Source: Chthonomonadaceae bacterium
GTDB lineage: Bacteria > Armatimonadota > Chthonomonadetes > Chthonomonadales > Chthonomonadaceae
DNA length: 36,748 nucleotides
Direction of reading: 5' to 3'
NCBI GenBank assembly: GCA_035650735.1
Contig: DASRGZ010000044.1
Coordinates: 1 to 36,748 of the forward strand
Shown here one piece after another: positions 1 through 7,218 of this stretch (position 1 is the first letter of the stretch; each line of letters begins with the position of its first letter). The translations under genes and the position numbers were made by a program. The notes beneath the pieces were generated by a model. That model made no database searches and was not told the DNA's origin. It saw only the letters and a list, made by a program, of their open reading frames with translations.

Positions 1-1
1 C

Positions 2-1843
2 CGGCCCCATTTGCGGCTGCGCATGGGCATCCATAGCGGCCCGATCTCCCGCGTCAAGGACATTGACGGCAAGGAGAACGTCTCCGGCAGCGGCATCAAC
101 ACGGCCCAGCGGGTGATGGATTGCGGGGACGCCGGCCATATCCTGCTCTCGCATCGCACGGCGGAGGATCTGCTCCAGTTCGAGCAGTGGGCGACCTACA
201 TCAAAGACCTGGGGGAGTGTGAAGTCAAGAACGGGAAGGTCTACCTGTTCAACTTCTATACCGAGGAGGTCGGCAATCCGGCGTCTCCGCAAAAGCTGCG
301 CTCCACCGAGCCTGCCAGGGGCAATCGGCCTGGCAGCGGCACCGGGCCGCTGCCTTCGCCGGAGAAGGCGCCTGCCAGCGGCGGCCAGCGCGTCGCCCTG
401 CTCTACAAGCGAAACGTGGAGCCGGACGAACAGTTGATGAAGCTGCTGGAAGCGCAGCTAACGGCGCGGGGCCATCAGGTCTTTGTGGACCGGCACATGC
501 ATATCGGCATTGAGTGGCTGGCCGAGATTGAGCGCAAGATTTACACGTCGGATGCGGTCATCCCGCTGCTCTCCGAGCAATCGGTCAAGAGCGATATGAT
601 CGAGTTTGAGTTGGAGACGGCCCACACCGCCGCGCAGCAGCAGGGCAAGCCGCGTATCCTGCCCGTGCGCGTCAATTTTACCGGCCCGCTCCCCAATGCG
701 GCGACGGCGGATATCTTGAAGCCGTTGATGTATACTCTCTGGGTGGGGGAAAAAGACAACGAGCGGCTGATAGACGAACTGGACTACGCGCTGCGCAACC
801 CGCCGCGTCCCGTCCGGCGGCCCGAGAAGCTGGAACCCGCCGGCGGGGCCGTCCCGCTGGACTCGGAGTTCTATATCGTGCGCTCTACCGACGAGCAGTT
901 CAAGACGGCCATCGCCCGGCAGGATAGCATCGTCCTGGTCAAAGGCGCCCGCCAGATGGGCAAGACCTCACTACTGGCGCGTGGGCTACAGCAGGCGCGG
1001 GAGGCGGGGGCGCGGGTCGTCCTGACCGACTTCCAGACGCTCAACGCGGCGCATCTGGCCTCGGCGGAGACGCTTTATATGGCGCTGGCGGAGATGATCG
1101 CCGAACAGCTTGATCTCGATGTCAATCTAGAGGAGATCTTTAGCAATCGCCGGGGCGCCAATATGAACCTGGAGCGTTTCCTGCGCCGCGAGGTGCTGGG
1201 CTCCATCTCCGAGCCGGTTGTCTGGGGGCTGGACGAGGTAGACCGGCTGTTTCTGTGCTCGTTTGGCAGCGAAGTCTTCGGCCTGTTCCGCTCCTGGTAC
1301 AACCGCCGTTCTCTCGACCCGTCCGGTCCCTGGTCGCGTCTGACGCTGGCCATCGCCTACGCGACGGAGGCCCATCTGTTTATCACCGACCTCAACCAAT
1401 CGCCCTTTAACGTGGGCACCCGCCTGACGCTCTCGGACTTTACCCTCGATCAAGTGGCCGAACTCAACCGTCGTTACGGTGAGCCGCTGCGCAACGAGGA
1501 GGAACTGCAGCGGTTTTATCGCCTGCTGAGCGGGCATCCCTACCTGGTGCGGCGGGGACTGGAGGAGATGGTCACGCAGGAGATGGATATTGAGGCGTTC
1601 GAGGCGCAGGCCGACCGGGACGATGGGCTGTTCGGCGACCATCTGCGGCGTATCCTGGTCTCGCTTTCTCAAGACCCGGAACTGAAGGAGGTCGTGCGGG
1701 GAGTGCTCCAGGGCAAGCCATGCCCGACGCCGGAGAGTTTCTACCGGCTGCGGGGGGCGGGCGTCATGGCCGGGGAGTCGGCCCGCGACGTCTATCCGCG
1801 CTGCCAGCTCTACACAACCTACCTGGCACGCCATTTGCTATAA
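2..1843 (+). CDS. Class III nucleotide cyclase (C-terminal part) + TIR domain + AAA-like (AAA_35-type) ATPase; 5' end lies outside the window
   Basis: Frame is open from the window edge. Cyclase motifs LRMGIHSGP and [13 protein letters not shown]_2-like segment VALLYKR...VFVDR...IGIEW...IEFELETA. Walker [10 protein letters not shown], Walker B LDEVD, and SPFNVG and LSGHPYL typical of AAA_35. Confidence 0.85.
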   Translation, partial: RPHLRLRMGIHSGPISRVKDIDGKENVSGSGINTAQRVMDCGDAGHILLSHRTAEDLLQFEQWATYIKDLGECEVKNGKVYLFNFYTEEVGNPASPQKLRSTEPARGNRPGSGTGPLPSPEKAPASGGQRVALLYKRNVEPDEQLMKLLEAQLTARGHQVFVDRHMHIGIEWLAEIERKIYTSDAVIPLLSEQSVKSDMIEFELETAHTAAQQQGKPRILPVRVNFTGPLPNAATADILKPLMYTLWVGEKDNERLIDELDYALRNPPRPVRRPEKLEPAGGAVPLDSEFYIVRSTDEQFKTAIARQDSIVLVKGARQMGKTSLLARGLQQAREAGARVVLTDFQTLNAAHLASAETLYMALAEMIAEQLDLDVNLEEIFSNRRGANMNLERFLRREVLGSISEPVVWGLDEVDRLFLCSFGSEVFGLFRSWYNRRSLDPSGPWSRLTLAIAYATEAHLFITDLNQSPFNVGTRLTLSDFTLDQVAELNRRYGEPLRNEEELQRFYRLLSGHPYLVRRGLEEMVTQEMDIEAFEAQADRDDGLFGDHLRRILVSLSQDPELKEVVRGVLQGKPCPTPESFYRLRGAGVMAGESARDVYPRCQLYTTYLARHLL

Positions 1844-1978
1844 CAGCACCCGCCCCTTTAGGGAAAGCTCCTGTTGCCAGGGGGCAGCCATCTGCTTAAC
1901 AGCTCAGCACGGACAAGGCACCATCCTGCCAATCTGATTGCCAACGAGAGCCGTCTACGGCAAGGACAACCAGCGGCG

Positions 1979-2032
1979 ATGAAGATCGTAATCCCAGGCG
2001 GCTCAGGACAGGTGGGCACGATCCTGGCCCGA
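1979..2032 (+). pseudogene. N-terminal remnant of an NAD-binding (Rossmann) epimerase/TIGR01777-like gene
   Basis: ATG AAG ATC GTA ATC CCA GGC GGC TCA GGA CAG GTG GGC... encodes MKIVIPGGSGQVGTILAR, a classic GGxGxxG start. The frame then runs into unrelated sequence and stops at 2095. Confidence 0.55.
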
Positions 2033-2144
2033 TGCGGCCAGAGACCAGTGTCAGGGTTGGCGCGGCGCGTGGGAAGGGAGAAAAGGAGCAAATAGGTGAG
2101 AATACAACCCTTTATTTATCTCGTCGGTATGGCTCTGACGGTAC

Positions 2145-2525
2145 AAATGGTCGGGCCTGCGCTGGCACGACGAGCGTGACGGCCTGCCCGACGACTGAAT
2201 AACCGTCCTGGCACGCATAGATAATAGGCTCTACGTCGGGACGTTCGTGGGCGGCCTCGCACGCTGGAGCGGGAGCCGGTGGACGGCGTTTCCGTCGCTC
2301 CAGGGGCAAAACATGACGGCCCTGGCGTCGGATGATTCGGACGGGCTGTTTGTCGCCACGCGCAGCGGCGTGTGGCATCTGCGCCGTGACGGCGCGCTTA
2401 CGCCCCTTGAGGAAGAGATGCCCTTTCTCGACCGGGAGACGCAGGCGCTCTGCAAAGTTTCCGGCGACCTGTGGATCGGAACGCGCACCGGGCTGTTCTT
2501 CGGCACAGATCGCCCTTTACGGTAA
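2145..2525 (+). pseudogene. 3' remnant of a two-component-regulator-type beta-propeller gene with an in-frame stop
   Basis: One frame reads KWSGLRWHDERDGLPDD*ITVLARIDNRLYVGTFVGGLARW...LFVATRSGVW...LWIGTRTGLF. The TGA at 2196-2198 sits where DGLPDDW is expected. No start codon is evident. Confidence 0.65.
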
Positions 2526-2574
2526 GGAGGAAGGCCGAGGATGAGGTCTTTCTCCCCTCCCCTGTTGTTGGGGA

Positions 2575-2622
2575 TCGCTAGGCGGAGGCAGGGACCGTAA
2601 CCCTGCCGACCCTGGCAGTGGG
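2575..2622 (+). repeat. ~48-bp structured element (family C), copy 1, inside a REP-like palindrome
   Basis: TCGCTAGGCGGAGGCAGGGACCGTAACCCTGCCGACCCTGGCAGTGGG. A near-identical copy starts at 6903. Confidence 0.8.
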
Positions 2623-2735
2623 TAAGGGGGTGGGGGCCTGAAAAGGAAGGCGTTTCGTACAGGAAAAGCGCTGCGGTCTGGCGAAGGACTCTATGCACCG
2701 ATGTTGCCTGACGCGAGTTTGCCGGCAGGCAGTGG

Positions 2736-2842
2736 GCAGCAACATCTATCCGCGAAGCCTTTTGTTGCAGGGTGCTGGAGCCGGAGGCGCTCCCCCGGCT
2801 GCTGGCGCAGCAACATCTATCCGCGAAGCCTTTTGTTGCAGG
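2736..2842. repeat. Two identical 36-bp direct repeats separated by 35 bp (mini-CRISPR-like geometry; function unknown)
   Basis: GCAGCAACATCTATCCGCGAAGCCTTTTGTTGCAGG at 2736-2771 and 2807-2842. Confidence 0.85.
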
Positions 2843-2851
2843 AGCCTTCCC

Positions 2852-3160
2852 ATGTTCATCGTCCATGTCTTTGTCCAGGTCAAGCCGGAGCACGTAAACG
2901 CTTTTCGTGAGGCGACCCTGGAGAACGCGCGCAACAGCGTGCGGGAGCCGGGCATCGCGCGCTTCGACGTGATCCAGGAGCAGGAGGACCCGACCCGCTT
3001 TGTGCTGTTGGAGGTCTATCGCACGCCGGAGGACCCCGCCAAGCACAAAGAGACCGCTCACTACCAGACCTGGCGCGATACGGTCGAGCCGATGATGGCC
3101 GCGCCGCGCCGGAGCGTGCGCTACGTCAACATCTTCCCGGACGACGCGGGGTGGGGGTAG
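2852..3160 (+). CDS. Antibiotic biosynthesis monooxygenase family protein (LsrG/YgiN-like)
   Basis: [13 protein letters not shown]...[12 protein letters not shown]...FVLLEVYR...HKETAHY. GGAG RBS at 2841-2844 upstream of ATG 2852. Confidence 0.9.
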   Translation: MFIVHVFVQVKPEHVNAFREATLENARNSVREPGIARFDVIQEQEDPTRFVLLEVYRTPEDPAKHKETAHYQTWRDTVEPMMAAPRRSVRYVNIFPDDAGWG

Positions 3161-3164
3161 CCCG

Positions 3165-4319
3165 ATGCGCTTCGAGTTTGCCACTGCCGGGCGCATCCTC
3201 TTCGGGCCGGGACGATTGCAGGAGGCGGGGAAGCTGGCGGCGGATCTGGGGAGACATGCCCTGATCGTTACGGGCCGGACATCGGATCGTGCCGCTCCGT
3301 TGCTGGAACAACTGGAAGCGTCCGGCATGGAGGCGGCCCGCTTTGCCGTCGCCGGAGAGCCGACCCTGGAGACCATCCGGCAGGGCGTGGAGGCAGCGCG
3401 GCAGGCGGGCTGTGACCTCGTGATCGGCATGGGCGGCGGTAGCGCCCTGGATACCGGCAAGGCGATTGCCGCCCTGCTTGCCAACGGTGGCGACCCGCTC
3501 GACTACGTGGAGATCATCGGCGCGGGCAAGCCGCTCCTGCGTCCCTCCCTGCCTTATCTCGCCATCCCGACGACGGCGGGCACCGGCGCGGAGGTGACCC
3601 GCAACGCCGTGCTGGGCGTGCCGGAGCACCGCATCAAAGTGAGTCTGCGCAGCCTCTTCCTGCTGCCTCGCGCCGCCCTCGTAGACCCGGAGCTTACCTA
3701 CAGCCTTCCGCCGGACGTGACCGCCGCCACAGGCATGGACGCCCTCACCCAGCTGATCGAGCCCTTCGTCTGCAATCGCGCCAACCCGTTCTCCGACGCG
3801 CTGTGCCGGGAGGGGATGCCGCGCGCGGCCCGCTCCCTGCGGCGTGCCTGCGAGGATGGGAGCGATACGGCAGCGCGCGAGGACATGGCGCTGGCGAGCC
3901 TGCTTGGTGGGCTGGCGTTGGCGAACGCCGGGCTGGGCGCGGTGCACGGGTTTGCCGGCCCCATCGGCGGGATGTTTCCGGCCCCGCACGGCGCGATCTG
4001 CGGCTGCCTGCTGCCTGTGGTGATGGCGGTCAACCTACAGGCGCTGCGGGAGCGGCAGCCGGAAGGCGAGGCTCTGCGCCGCTATACCGAGGCTGCCCGC
4101 CTCCTGACGGGCGATCCGCAGGCGTCGGCAGAGGAGGGAGTCGCCTGGGTGCAGGAATTGCGCACGGCGCTGCCCATCCCCGCGCTTTCCGCCTATGGCG
4201 TCACTCCTGCCGACTTCTCCGAACTGATAGACAAAGCCGCCAGGGCCAGCTCCATGCAGGCCAATCCGCTCCCGCTAACGGAGGCCGAGATGCGCGAGAT
4301 CCTCCAACGCGCGGTCTGA
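3165..4319 (+). CDS. Iron-containing alcohol dehydrogenase
   Basis: GGGSALDTGK, IPTTAGTGAEVT, GMDALTQLIE, GAVHG and HG motifs. Confidence 0.95.
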   Translation: MRFEFATAGRILFGPGRLQEAGKLAADLGRHALIVTGRTSDRAAPLLEQLEASGMEAARFAVAGEPTLETIRQGVEAARQAGCDLVIGMGGGSALDTGKAIAALLANGGDPLDYVEIIGAGKPLLRPSLPYLAIPTTAGTGAEVTRNAVLGVPEHRIKVSLRSLFLLPRAALVDPELTYSLPPDVTAATGMDALTQLIEPFVCNRANPFSDALCREGMPRAARSLRRACEDGSDTAAREDMALASLLGGLALANAGLGAVHGFAGPIGGMFPAPHGAICGCLLPVVMAVNLQALRERQPEGEALRRYTEAARLLTGDPQASAEEGVAWVQELRTALPIPALSAYGVTPADFSELIDKAARASSMQANPLPLTEAEMREILQRAV

Positions 4320-4328
4320 AAATAGATA

Positions 4329-4431
4329 ACCCAAGTTGCTACCTAGGAACACGTTTGAGAGAGAATCGCTCTGGAAACCGGCTTTTGCATCACCGTTTGC
4401 CTTCTCGAAGAGGCAAGGTAGCAACTTGAGT
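4329..4431 (+). mobile_element. 103-bp MITE (family A), copy 1
   Basis: TIRs ACCCAAGTTGCTACCT / AGGTAGCAACTTGAGT (15/16). TAGATA on both sides (4323-4328, 4432-4437). Identical inverted copy at 29272-29374. Confidence 0.9.
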
Positions 4432-4459
4432 TAGATAATCGCCTCACCTCCGGCCCTTC

Positions 4460-4541
4460 GGTAGACACTCCCAGCCGTGTGGATCAATCTCACGCAGCCT
4501 GCTGCTGAGGAGATACGTCCACACCGTTGGGAGCGATTACC
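4460..4541 (+). mobile_element. 82-bp MITE (family B, IS1-like ends), copy 1
   Basis: GGTAGACACTCCCAGCCGTGTGGA...TCCACACCGTTGGGAGCGATTACC. 8-bp TSD GGCCCTTC (4452-4459, 4542-4549). Further copies at 26186 and 33269. Confidence 0.92.
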
Positions 4542-4630
4542 GGCCCTTCTCTTAGCAATGGAAGTGAGGGACAGGGTGTGAGGGCTACTGATGTCGGGGT
4601 GAGGTCGTAAATAGCAGGCCGGAGTTGCCT

Positions 4631-6928
4631 ATGTCTTTGTATGTCCTCCTTACCTTCCTGATGGGAATGCCTGCCGCCATGCCGCTCTCGCAGCCGACGG
4701 CGGTGGGCGCGCGGACAGTTCACATCCGGGCCGACCGGGCTTCCATTGGCATGGGGAAGAGCGTGGTCGTGGCCGCCAGGGTTACGGCATCCGGCGGCAC
4801 GCCGGCGGCCAATGTCGAATTGTGGCCCTATGTCAACGGCAGACGCTGGGGCGCGCAAGCTGTCACCGATCGGGGGGGCAGGGCCGTCTTCTTCCTGCCG
4901 CTGCCCCGGCCCGGCCTCGCCCGAATACAGGCTATCGTGCGCCCTGTGCAGCCCACGCCGGATGCCCGCTGGATATGGGCTGCGGAGACAACCGATAACC
5001 AGGTCGCCTATTTCTACAAGCGGTTTGTCGTGTCCGGGCCTATTCGGGCCGCCTCGCTGCGCATCACCTGTGACGATGCCTTCCGGACCTTCCTCAACGG
5101 GCAGGAGGTCGCGGGCGGGGGCAGCTTTCAGATCGTCCGGCACGTCTCCGGGCTGGAACGTTGGCTAAAGCCGGGCGAAAACGTTCTGGCCGTCGAAGGC
5201 CGCAACGGCGTGGGGCCGGCGGGGCTGCTGGCGCGTCTGGAGATCCAAACCGGGGCCGGCGCGCAGGTCGTGGCCACCGATGCTTCCTGGGAGGTCTACG
5301 TGGAGAAGCCTGCCGGCTGGCCGGGCGCCGTGCGAGAGCGAGGCAGGGCAGCGCGGGAGCTGGCCCCGGTTGGCGGCGGCGTTTGGGGCAGCGCCCTGCA
5401 AGGCTGGCCGGGCCTCTCCCCCCGCAGCGACTTTCCGGTGGGCCTGTCGATGCCGGAGGGCACGACCCGCTCCAACACGGTGATCGTGCGCGTGAGTCGG
5501 CGCGCTATCTCACGGATAGCCCGCGACCCGCAGCATCTGGTCGGCCTGGAATGGGAGCCCTGGTTCACGCCGCGCAACGCCCGCTGGGATACCGCCGAGG
5601 CCGTGCCCCTGCTCGGCAATTACGACTCCTTCAACACGGACGTGATCCGCCAGCACGCCCTCTGGATGGCCGAGGCGGGGATCGATTTCCTGCTGGTGGA
5701 CTGGTCGAACAACCTCTGGGATAAGCGGCATTGGAACGAGCGCGCGCCCGGAGTGGACGAGCTGATTCGCGGCACGACCCTGCTGCTAGACACCTACGCG
5801 CAGATGCGCCGGGAGGGCGTTCCCGTTCCCCAGGTGACGCTGCTGCTGGGGCTGGATAACGGCCCGCAGACCACCACGACCGCGCTCAACGAAGAGATGC
5901 GCTGGGTCTATGCGCGCTATGTGCGCCCGCCACGCTACCGGGGATTGTGGGTCGAATACGAGGGCAAGCCGCTCATCGTGGTCTTCAACGGCGGCGGGCC
6001 GGGCATCCGTCAGCGCCAGCCGCCGCTGGAGGAATCGCAATTTACCGTGCGCTGGATGGCCAGCCAGCTTCAGGTCAATCACCTGGAGCGCGCGGGCTAC
6101 TGGTCCTGGATGGACGGCGTCCTGCATCCCGTTATCACCTACCATAGCGGGCGGGCGGAGGCGCTCACCATCACCCCGGCCTATTTCGGCGACGGCGGCT
6201 GGACCTATCCACAGGCGCGGGGACGGCGTGGCGGCACGACCTATCTGGAGCAGTGGCAGACGGCCATCCAGGCCAGGCCCCGCTTCCTGCTGATCAACCA
6301 GTGGAACGAGTTCGCCGGGCAGCCGGAGGGCAGCGGGTACGGCCCGCGCAAAGATCAGTACGTGGACTGCTACAACGTCGAGCTCTCCAACGACATCGAG
6401 CCGACCTCCCTAACGGCCTGCGCCTATCGCGGCTGCGGCGGCTGGGGATATACCTACCTGAACCTGACGCGCGCCGCCATCCGGCTCTATCACGGGCAGG
6501 CCCCGGAAACGACGCTGCTGGCACTCGCCAGCCCGCAGCCGGGCGCAGCGGTGAGCGGCCCTACGCTCCGGGTCGAGTGGGCGGCGCTCGGCGCGCCGGC
6601 CCGAGGCTTTACGCTGCGCTTGGACGGCAAGGACGTAGCCCGCAACGTTCCCGGCAGCGCGTATACGCTCGACATCCGCCGCCTGGCTGCGGGCCGCCAT
6701 CGTTTAACCCTCCTGGCCGAAGGCGTGGTAACCCGCTTCCCTCTCTCCGCAATCCGGGAAGCGGAGCCGCTGGCCGTGCCGATTCCGGCGTCCGTTCAGG
6801 TAGAGTTCCAGGTTGCGCGCCGGAGGCCGGTTGCACGGCAGGCTCGATTCGCCCGGCGTGACGGTCCCTGCTGGCAGCCCACCCCTAAAGGAGTGGGCTG
6901 TGTCGCGAGGCGGAGGCAAGGGCCGTAA
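4631..6928 (+). CDS. Secreted multidomain glycoside hydrolase (galactose-binding-like N-terminal module + GH99/GH71-like barrel + Ig-like C terminus)
   Basis: Signal-peptide-like N terminus. WIW...CDDAFRTFLNG...LKPGENVLAV module. EPWF...LGNYDS...HALWMAEAGIDF...INQWNEF barrel motifs. The extreme C terminus runs into repeat DNA. Start is 4625 or 4631. Confidence 0.7.
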   Translation: MSLYVLLTFLMGMPAAMPLSQPTAVGARTVHIRADRASIGMGKSVVVAARVTASGGTPAANVELWPYVNGRRWGAQAVTDRGGRAVFFLPLPRPGLARIQAIVRPVQPTPDARWIWAAETTDNQVAYFYKRFVVSGPIRAASLRITCDDAFRTFLNGQEVAGGGSFQIVRHVSGLERWLKPGENVLAVEGRNGVGPAGLLARLEIQTGAGAQVVATDASWEVYVEKPAGWPGAVRERGRAARELAPVGGGVWGSALQGWPGLSPRSDFPVGLSMPEGTTRSNTVIVRVSRRAISRIARDPQHLVGLEWEPWFTPRNARWDTAEAVPLLGNYDSFNTDVIRQHALWMAEAGIDFLLVDWSNNLWDKRHWNERAPGVDELIRGTTLLLDTYAQMRREGVPVPQVTLLLGLDNGPQTTTTALNEEMRWVYARYVRPPRYRGLWVEYEGKPLIVVFNGGGPGIRQRQPPLEESQFTVRWMASQLQVNHLERAGYWSWMDGVLHPVITYHSGRAEALTITPAYFGDGGWTYPQARGRRGGTTYLEQWQTAIQARPRFLLINQWNEFAGQPEGSGYGPRKDQYVDCYNVELSNDIEPTSLTACAYRGCGGWGYTYLNLTRAAIRLYHGQAPETTLLALASPQPGAAVSGPTLRVEWAALGAPARGFTLRLDGKDVARNVPGSAYTLDIRRLAAGRHRLTLLAEGVVTRFPLSAIREAEPLAVPIPASVQVEFQVARRRPVARQARFARRDGPCWQPTPKGVGCVARRRQGP

Positions 6929-6975
6929 CCTTGCCGACCCTTGCAGTCCATTGCAGGCCCGACCCTGGCAGTGGG
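6903..6975 (+). repeat. Structured element family C, copy 2 (with an internal partial duplication)
   Basis: TCGCGAGGCGGAGGCAAGGGCCGTAACCTTGCCGACCCTTGCAGT...CCGACCCTGGCAGTGGG matches 2575-2622. Confidence 0.8.
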
Positions 6976-6977
6976 CA

Positions 6978-7096
6978 AGCCCTCTAATGAACCTTGACAA
7001 CGAAATCCGATAATCGCAGGGTGGCTACGTCCTTAGGTGAATGGCCCTACGAACCAGGGATTACCCGATGAAAAAGTCAAGGTTCATGAGCGGGCT
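6978..7096. mobile_element. Putative ~119-bp MITE (family D), single copy
   Basis: Perfect 12-bp IR ATGAACCTTGAC (6987-6998) / GTCAAGGTTCAT (7076-7087), extendable to 21 bp with 2 mismatches. No clear TSD. Confidence 0.55.
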
Positions 7097-7218
7097 ACGA
7101 AGGGTGGGTTAGCCTCCTTCCGGGGCTGCCAGAAGGAAGGTTAGCCCCCTTCAGGGGGCTTGCCGTCCGCAGCCCGGTCCTTTAGGGCCGGGCTATAGCC
7201 GGGTTTCCATAGGTGCTT

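Larger units (their letters stand above)
6875..7195. repeat. Cluster of REP-like palindromes with nested inserts, between convergent genes
   Basis: CAGCCCACCCC-TAAA-GGAGTGGGCTG (6875-6900), AGCCTCCTTCCGGGGCT, AGCCCCCTTCAGGGGGCT, and AGCCCGGTCC-TTTA-GGGCCGGGCT (~7171-7193). Confidence 0.75.

Noticed and set aside
2196..2198. TGA at a Trp position as evidence of recoding (genetic code 4/25 or selenocysteine)
   Set aside because: Many intact genes in the window end in TGA and use TGG for Trp. A nonsense mutation in a remnant is simpler.
2736..2842. Formal CRISPR call
   Set aside because: Only two repeats, a palindromic spacer, and no leader or cas genes. Kept as a repeat and a finding only.
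2231..3484. 417-aa minus-strand ORF and other overlapping Arg/Ala/Pro-rich ORFs throughout the track
   Set aside because: They overlap real genes and repeats on the other strand or frame, with composition typical of shadow ORFs.
3803..4429. ORF sharing the C terminus DNPSCYLGTRLRENRSG... with ORF 29274-29552
   Set aside because: The shared peptide is just translation through MITE A, not a protein family.
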